Shown here: piece after piece, positions 56,375 to 64,000 of the stretch
Position numbering within the stretch: position 1 is the stretch's first letter
Layout: each line of letters opens with the position of its first letter
Program-made: the position numbers and the translations under genes
NCBI GenBank assembly: GCA_043228905.1
Contig: JBHGNT010000005.1
Span: 9,982,001-10,046,000 of the forward strand
Source of the DNA: Azolla caroliniana
Lineage: Eukaryota; Plantae; Polypodiophyta
Direction of reading: 5' to 3'
DNA: 64,000 nt
The notes under the pieces: model-generated
The model's input: the letters and a program-made list of their open reading frames with translations, nothing else
The model's database searches: none
What the model was told of the DNA's origin: nothing

Positions 56375-58539
56375 TCTCACACACATACACACACATATCA
56401 CTTAATCTTCTGCTTAACTTAATCACATAATTAGGCACTAATTAACCCATGTTTAATTACCTAATTATTAACATGGTATCAGAGTGTGTGGTTTAGCACA
56501 TCCACTAAGCCCATCCGCCTCTTCATAATTGTGTGTTCAAAACGTTGAGGACAAATTCCGGCTATCCGCTACCGTAGTGCCGCTATGTAGCACAAGTACG
56601 TGATCGAAGGAAGAAAAGCAAAATGGAAGACACTACATCAAAATGAACACAGAAATGGGTAGCTCGTTCCCTAGTGAAAAGCTAGACTGCAGCAATTATT
56701 CATCTTGGGAGTACAAGATGACCCAATACCTCGTCAGCCAAGGGTATTGGAGCTACATCATCAGCGCTCAAGAAAATAAACCCGACTCAAAGAATGTCGA
56801 CTACACATGGGAGGAAGCGGCTAGTCGAGTAATGTATTGCTTGGCAACATGTGTCCATGACCACATGCTTAGCGATATTCGAGACGCCAAGATGCCTAAA
56901 GAAGCATGGGCAAACTTAAAGAAAATGTGCGCCGACAAAACAACCACCCGAAAGCTTCAACTCCGACAAGAGTTGAATAACATTCGACAAAAACACATGT
57001 CCGTGTCGGACTACACCGCCAAGATCAAGAGCATTTGCGACTCACTTGTCTCCATGAACGTAAACATCGACGAAGACGAGATGGTTCAGGTATGCTTGGG
57101 CGGCCTCACACAACGATTCAATCCATTACGGACGGCAATCTTGGCGAGAGAAAACCCTCCTACATTCTTCGACCTCTAATCAATGCTATTGGTCGAAGAG
57201 AACCACGTCCGAACCAAAAGCAAGACGTCGAAAGGACAAATGCTCTTCTCGAGTTTGGACAGTGGCCGAGGAGGAGGTCACGGTGGTAGAAGAGGCCAAT
57301 TCGACCCATCACACGAAGGGAACCCAAACCTTCACGGAAGCCATCAAGGAACCTTCGGAAGAAGGGGGAGCAATTAAGGCCCGGAACTTGCAATTCTTGC
57401 GGCAAAATCAGCCACAACGAGGCGGAGTGATAGAAAAAGAGAAGTGAGTCGGCTTCAACAAGTCGACAACTCACAAACTACGCATCAAACTCCGACTACG
57501 ACAATTGTAGAGGAATGTTCACGAATCACGCATCGAATTATGACTACGATGATCATAGTGAAATGTTTACAAATTACACCACGAATTCCGACTATGGCGA
57601 CCATGGCGGAATGTTCGTAATGAGGCATAGAGTGAACTCTATGAGGGCCTCCAACTCCGCAAGCACCTCCAATTCAGAAGACGTGTCGTTCGTTGATTCT
57701 GGCACCTCACATCACATGACATCCCACAAAGAGTGGTTCAATGACTTGTGTACACCGAATTGACCCGGCTACATAGAGACGGGAGACGACACCACGCATC
57801 CCATTCGGCACATCGGCAACGATGGCAAGAATAATTGCATCAAGAATGTCTTGCATGTGCCCACGATAACGAAGAATTTGGTCTCGGTAGGCCAAATCGT
57901 GGAGGAAGGAATGGAATTCCACTTCAACAACGAAGGTTGTTTCATCGAGAAAGATGGCCAACTCATAGCAAAGGGACGGAGAGATGGTCGAATGTTCATC
58001 CTCGATTCGGACGAGGTGAAATCAGCAATGTACGCTAAAGGTCTCAAAATCGAGACAAGCATCGAGTTGTGGCACAAGAGAATCGGCCATATAAACCTCC
58101 AATGGCTCCGAGCTATGCAATCAAAGGCAGTCGTCATCGGACTTCCGACATTCGAGTTGAAACGAGTCGACCGAGTATGCGAAGCGTGTCAACTCAGCAA
58201 ACAACATCGACTCCCATTCACGAAGGAGAGCTCCGCAAGCAAAGGACTCTTCGACGGCATACACTTGGATGTATGGGGACCGGCTCAAATGCCGACGATC
58301 GACGGATGCCGATACTACGTAACCTTCATCGACAACTACTCGCGCTATGCGTGGATCTACCCGATGAAGAAGAAAAGCGGTGCTCTCCCACTTCCAAAAG
58401 CTCAAGGGCCAAGTCGAGAAAGAAACTGGTCGACACATTCGATGCCTATGATCAGATGGAGGCAAGGAGTACTTCTCCAACAAATTCACCTCCTACCTCC
58501 AAAGTGAAGGCATTTGGAGAGAATTCTCGTGCCGACACA
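56003..58539 (+). mobile_element. Degenerate Copia 5' half (LTR 56003-56473, iMet PBS 56474-56484, gag, protease, integrase)
   Basis: TGGTATCAGAG directly after CA; NYSSWEYKM; VDSGTSHHMT; WHKRIGH..CEAC; DVWGP; YYVTFID. Confidence 0.9.
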
Positions 58540-61500
58540 TGTTATCGCTAGGGCCGGACAATGGCCTAACACAGGGTGTCCCTTTGAGACACTTCACCAA
58601 AGGGGTGTTGCAGTAGTAAAGTTAGATGGACTATTAATGGAACCCTGATTGGTTACTAAGCAGTGAGATCATTAGTCACAATACACGTGTAGGATAAATC
58701 ACACTTAGCACAGAACGGTAATTAACACTGATTAAAATACCTAAAGCCGAAGACCTATAAAAGGGCCCGGCTAGATTGCAATCATTGGCAACCGGCTACG
58801 AACCGGTTCGGATCCGGATCAGCATACCAACTCCATGTCCATCCGTTCGCTTCTCAAAATCATAATAATTCTATATTATAACATTATAACTAATCAGCTC
58901 CCGGTTATTAATTATCCCCCTTTTCGCATTCTGGACTTCCCTTGTCGGCCGGCTAACACATGGCACGCCCGTGGGACAATACCTTGTACGTCGAATCCCA
59001 CTATCCGGCCTTCATTCATCCTCCAAAATGTATAGAGTGCTTTGATCTAAGGGTTCCAATAGTTAATCGAAAAGTTGTTCTGTCGTCTACAACTGTTGTT
59101 CCCCCTCCTGTTGTTCCTGCGACTGTAGTTGCTTTTCTTTCCGCTCCGGCTCCACCTGTGGCTGCTGTTGGTTGACTTCCATTGCCTACGACTCCGTCGG
59201 TCTGACTAGGTCGGTCTCCATTTCCGGCTCGACTGGTCTTACCAGCTCTTCCTCCTTTTCCAGCTCAACCGGCCTTGGCGTCTCCTGGCTCTGCTATTTG
59301 GCGTGCACCAGTTCCTGCGGATGACCTTCCTTTAGCGGCTCCTCCTGAGTACTATCTGGTTGGCTTCCCAGGCTTTAACCGGCGTTTGTTCTGAAGACGG
59401 CTCCTCGTCACTAATGCTAATCGCTGTAGTTTTCTTGGCCACTTCTTGTCGTCGTCGTTCCCGTTCATACTTTTCGAAACGGAGTTGGTTGTCCAACTGG
59501 TCATCATCCAGATGTGCCACCAACTGTCGTACCGCCACCCTCTGCTCATCAGCCAAGGATATGAAATCATCCGACAGTTCATCTTTTATTGCTTCTATGC
59601 TTTTTTTATCCAGGATGTACACTTCGTTGCCCTCCTTCCACCGGTTTTCCGCATCTGCCCTCAACAACTGTAGCTCTGCTGCCTGCTTAGCCCACTTCAA
59701 CCACCACTGTACTGAGCTTTCTTCCACCAATTGCTTCGTTCGATTCCTCCATGCCAGTACGATGTCCCGGATCCGCCCCAGCCCCATCTTTGACTTGTTT
59801 TCCGCGGCCTATTTTTCGTCCTTTAATTGTTTGATCAAGCTTGCGATTGCCACTTCTTGGCTTCTGTAGTGCATGAGTTGGGTCTGATATGTCATTTGAA
59901 CTCTATTCAACATCATTGTAATGCGCTCCATTTCCGCATGGTGCTACACTTGCAGGTCCAGTCACTCTTTCACTGCTGCCGCCAGTTCTTTCGCTACTTC
60001 AGCTCCCTTCGACTGCTCTTCCATCCCTGCCACCATCAACCGGTTAACTTCCTCCTGTAGTTCTTTGCACCTCCTGCTGCTGATCACTTTCGGTAGTCAA
60101 TTTCTTATGATCGGCATCCAAATGCTTATAATCCCGGTGCAGTCGATCGAAGTCGTTGGTTTTTTGTTGGAGCTTTTGATTGATAAGCTGACCAGCGCGG
60201 TCCTCACGGTCTTTTTGTTGCCGAAGCTCTTCGTCGAGGCGCTCAATCTCCACTTCCACCATCCTCTGAAGTTTCTCTTTTTCTTGCAGGAGTTTTTCTT
60301 TCTCTTCTTTCAGCCGATGATACGCTTGATGACCTCTTCTCAAGCTTTCCTCTGTTCCGCAGAGGCTGTCGGCCATTCTCCTTTGTTCCTCCTCCTCTGC
60401 TTTTTTCAATTCTCATTCCCTGGCCCTTAACACTTCTTGTGCTGCTAGGTCTTCCCTTAATGTGGTGAGCTCCTGTGCTGACGATTTATGAGTATCCGGG
60501 CCTACCGCCGTCACCGGGGTTTGATCGTTCAGTAGTGTTACCAAGGCCACCAGTTCCAATTGTTGTGGTCCTTCAATGACCAACTTGGCCATTTCTGTTC
60601 TCGCCTTCTCTATGTCTTCTTCCATGATCCAGATTCTTGACCGGGCCATCTCTAATTCCTCGGTTGTGGCTAGAAACCGGGCTTCCTCCACTTCTAACTA
60701 GCAGAGAACACCATTCACCTGTTCTGCCACCCATCGGAGCCATCGATTGTCGGTGCCTTGTGGTCGTGCTAGTTCTGGTCGTGGGATGGCGTTTTCACTA
60801 GTCACAAGCCTATTATTGACTATTACGTCAATCGGCTGCTCCAGTTCTAGCTGTTGCTCCTGCGGCGGTGATGCAAGCAATGCAATGACCGATTCTTGAT
60901 CCACCAGTACTGTCGTGTCCTGGACCGCTGGTTTTGCGATGTCCTGCCGCAGCACTTGCTCCGTCCCCGATTCTTGTTGAGATAGTTATGCCGCCTTCCT
61001 TGACTGCGGCTCCTCAGGGAGGGGCTCCCATATACTATCCTCTGATGTCCCACCTTCATGGCCTTTTCCACTTGTCTGGCGACGCCGTAGCAGCGTCTTG
61101 GTCGACTCATCTACCTGTTGTTCTTTTTCCAGGGTCTTGTTGTTGATTTCTCCGGTTGCTATTCTGCTTGTTGTTCCGACATGCGCAACTTGATTTTCAA
61201 CGGTCTCCCCGAGGTGTCCACCGATGCCTCCTTCTCTGCCAGCCAATTCCGATTAGGCCATTCCTTCGCTTGGGTAGCCAGGAGTTGCTGCCGTTTTGAA
61301 GCTGTTTTGGGGGTCGATTTTGTCGGTCTTTCGCTCTTCCTTTGTTTCATGGGCTCCACCGACGGTGCTAACAGAGTGAGCCATTGCGCCACTGTTATCC
61401 ACATCTTTTTACCATCTTTTATTGAAACGATGACAGCGCTCAGGCCGTCGGCAATGATTACCGGCTACCCAGGGAGTATTCCCCAAAATACCTCATCAAC

Positions 61501-64000
61501 AACTCCTGCGAAGGGTTGTCGATCGAGTAGATTCCTCCTTCCGGTAGGACGGTCATGGCTGGGATGGCTTCCTAGGTGATGACCTCTGTGTTGATGGCTT
61601 TAACGACATTTTCCGCATCTCCGTGCGATGGTGCTTCGACTATTCGCGAGAATCCCTCTAGACCGTGTTGCTTCAGCCATTTGTAAGCCGCTTCTGAGAG
61701 TACCATGCATTCCATGTCATCTTCGGAGTTGGTAGGTTGTGGTAAGATGGGTGCGCATGCGTGTTCTGCGTGCTCTCGCCTGACCACTCGTAATCGCTTG
61801 TGTACGCTCAGATCTCTGTGTTCGCGAAATGAAAGGCACTCTGCGTGGCGAAGGTTTTCTTTCTCCATGCGTGGCGCCTTTTCTTGATTCCCATACATGC
61901 ACGTCCTGTACTAATATAGCAGTCGGTTGACACGTGGTGCGCCTGTTTTTAAAAGCTTTAATTAGCCACCAACCACACCTTTTCAAAGTGCCCGTTTGCT
62001 CCTCGCCTCTACATGATGACTTTTCTTTTTCTTTTTCTTTTTTTTTTTCAAATTGAGTTTTAGTTAACCGGAAGCACCGGGTCTGTATCCTGGTTTTTCC
62101 CCATCTTCATGTTTGCCGGTCACCTGTTTGTCGTTATCCGGTAACGCCGGCTCTGCCTGACTGTCGGGTACTTTTTTTTGCTTCCTACTGTTGTATCAAC
62201 CTCCGTCTGCTCGAACGGATTCTGTGGCATCGGTCCACAATATGGTTTGAGTCGGAACCCATTTGCCCATTATCTCACCGGCGAGCGTTCCGAGCTGGTA
62301 TGAACCGTTCAATTCCCGTGTTATCCAATATGGTCCGGTCCACCGGAATCGTAGCTTTCCCAACATCTGACCCATCCGGGTCTGGAACACCAGTACCGTC
62401 TTGCCGATCCCGAACATCTTCTCATTGCCCTTCCAGTGCCGATCGACAAATGCCTTTCTTCGTCGTTGCTCTAGTTCCAACTGCATGAGACTTGTTATCC
62501 GACGCTCCTCGAGTTCGCATAATGCGGCAAACCGGACTTTTTCTGATTCCTTTTCACTTAGTCATTCTCTAACCTGTATCCGCAAACTCGGAACCTGAAA
62601 TTCGATTGGCATTACTGCTTCAAGCCCAAATGCTAACCGGAACGGTGTTGACCGGATACTCGTTTTGTTTGTCGTCCGGTATGCGCATAGTGCACTATGT
62701 AGCTTGGTATCCCAATCAGTTTGGTTTTCATTGACGATCTTTCGTAGGATGTTTTGGAGTGTTTTGTTCGTGGATTCGGCCAGTCCCTTGGTTTGTGGAT
62801 AATAAGGGGTACTACGCTTGTGTACCACTGCATAGAATGTTGTTAAGCTCTCCAGTACTTGGTCGTTGATTAACTCGATCGGGCATCCATACCGGCACCA
62901 GATGTACTCGTATAAGAACTTTGTCGTTGATGCCGCAGTGTTGTCCCGCAAAGCCTTGGCTTCTAGCCACTTGGTTCTCATTGCGGGAGGTTTAAATGAC
63001 CCAACGAAATCCAACCCCCATTTCTAAAAGGGTTCAAAGGGTAGCACCGGCTGGTGAGGCATCCTTGCCTGTTATGTTGGTTGGCCCATCCGCTAACATA
63101 AATCACAGACTTTCACGTACTGAACCGAGTCCTTTAGTGTCGTCGGCCCCCATAGCCCGTTGTGCCATATCTTTCTTGCCGTAGCGTCCCCGGCATAGTG
63201 CCCTCTGGCAACGCCACAGTGCGCTTCTCATAATATTGTGTCCTTTTCGTTGCTTCGCACTGCTCGCCGCCATATGCCATCCACGCCTTTGTGGTACAGG
63301 GTGTCCTGTAGTAGACAAAAATGTCGGCTTTGCACGGCTAACTGCTTCTGCTCATCCCGGTTCATCTCCTCTGGTGGGAGTCCCGCGCTTAGGAATTGAT
63401 GCATGTTGGTTAGCCATTTGTCTTCGTCGACTACCGTGCTATCAGCTGCCATTTTTACTGTTACTTTAAACAACTCGACATCCGGGAACTCATCCAGATT
63501 CCATCACCGGTCTCGCCGGAATCTAACCGGCTCAGATAATCGGCAACCGCATGATGTATTCCCGGCCGATGATATATTTCGAACTCAAACTCTTGTAGCA
63601 ACAATGTCCATCAGGCCAGCTTGCCGTTGAGCGATGCCTTTGAGACTAAATATAATAGCGTTGAGTGGTTGACATGAAATGAAAATTTCTTTCCCAATAA
63701 ATAGTGCCTGAACTTGGTAACACTGTAAATCATCCCTAAGGCTTCTCTTTCCATTGTTGAATAATTTCGTTCTGCCTAGGATAGTTTCTGGCTAGCATAG
63801 TAGACCGGTCGGTACCCATTCGGTTCCGTCCGTTGCATTATTGCGCTGCCGATTGCTATGTCGGACGCATTAATGAACACGTGGAATTCTCTTGACCAGT
63901 CCGGTGGTTGCACCACCGGTGCTTGTGATAGCAGTACTTTCAGTGCCCGGTAAGCTTCCTCCGTATTTGTCCATTGGAACGGTGTCCAGTGAACCACAAG
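58540..64000 (-). mobile_element. Degenerate Athila/OTA-like Gypsy 3' half (RNase H, integrase, 3' extra ORF, 3' LTR 58540-58958)
   Basis: ASDIAIG..PVYYASQKLS; STPYYPQTKGLAESTNK; WTGPY; extra ORF 59332-61898. LTR ends are homologous to 11062-11481. Confidence 0.9.
58961..58977 (-). promoter_or_regulatory. tRNA-Arg 3'-end sequence at the PPT position (second copy)
   Basis: Sense strand reads GTCCCACGGGCGTGCCA-TG-[TGTTAG LTR], identical to 11484-11500. Confidence 0.8.

Overview
Eukaryotic land-plant DNA, probably a non-seed plant such as a bryophyte, lycophyte or fern (inferred from the retroelement lineages). It is mostly nested, largely decayed LTR retrotransposons (Copia, Athila/OTA-like and other Gypsy, chromovirus), plus a LINE fragment and one intact host gene, an intronless WNK kinase with a His/Asp-rich N-terminus and a DFG motif (21252-23714). 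Two things stand out. (1) An Athila/OTA-like Gypsy family has no polypurine tract. Two diverged members instead carry a sense-strand copy of the tRNA-Arg(UCU) 3' end, CCA included, exactly 2 nt before the 3' LTR, which suggests tRNA priming of both DNA strands. A third member has a 50-nt PBS that copies the tRNA through its anticodon, with an A58-to-T change. (2) A Sola2-like DNA transposon (29983 to about 38955) carries a convergent spliced cargo gene (RING-H2 plus FCP1-like pseudophosphatase), with arrays of the 14-bp palindrome TAGCTAATTAGCTA inside introns of both genes. All family assignments come from motif recognition by eye; no database search was run.
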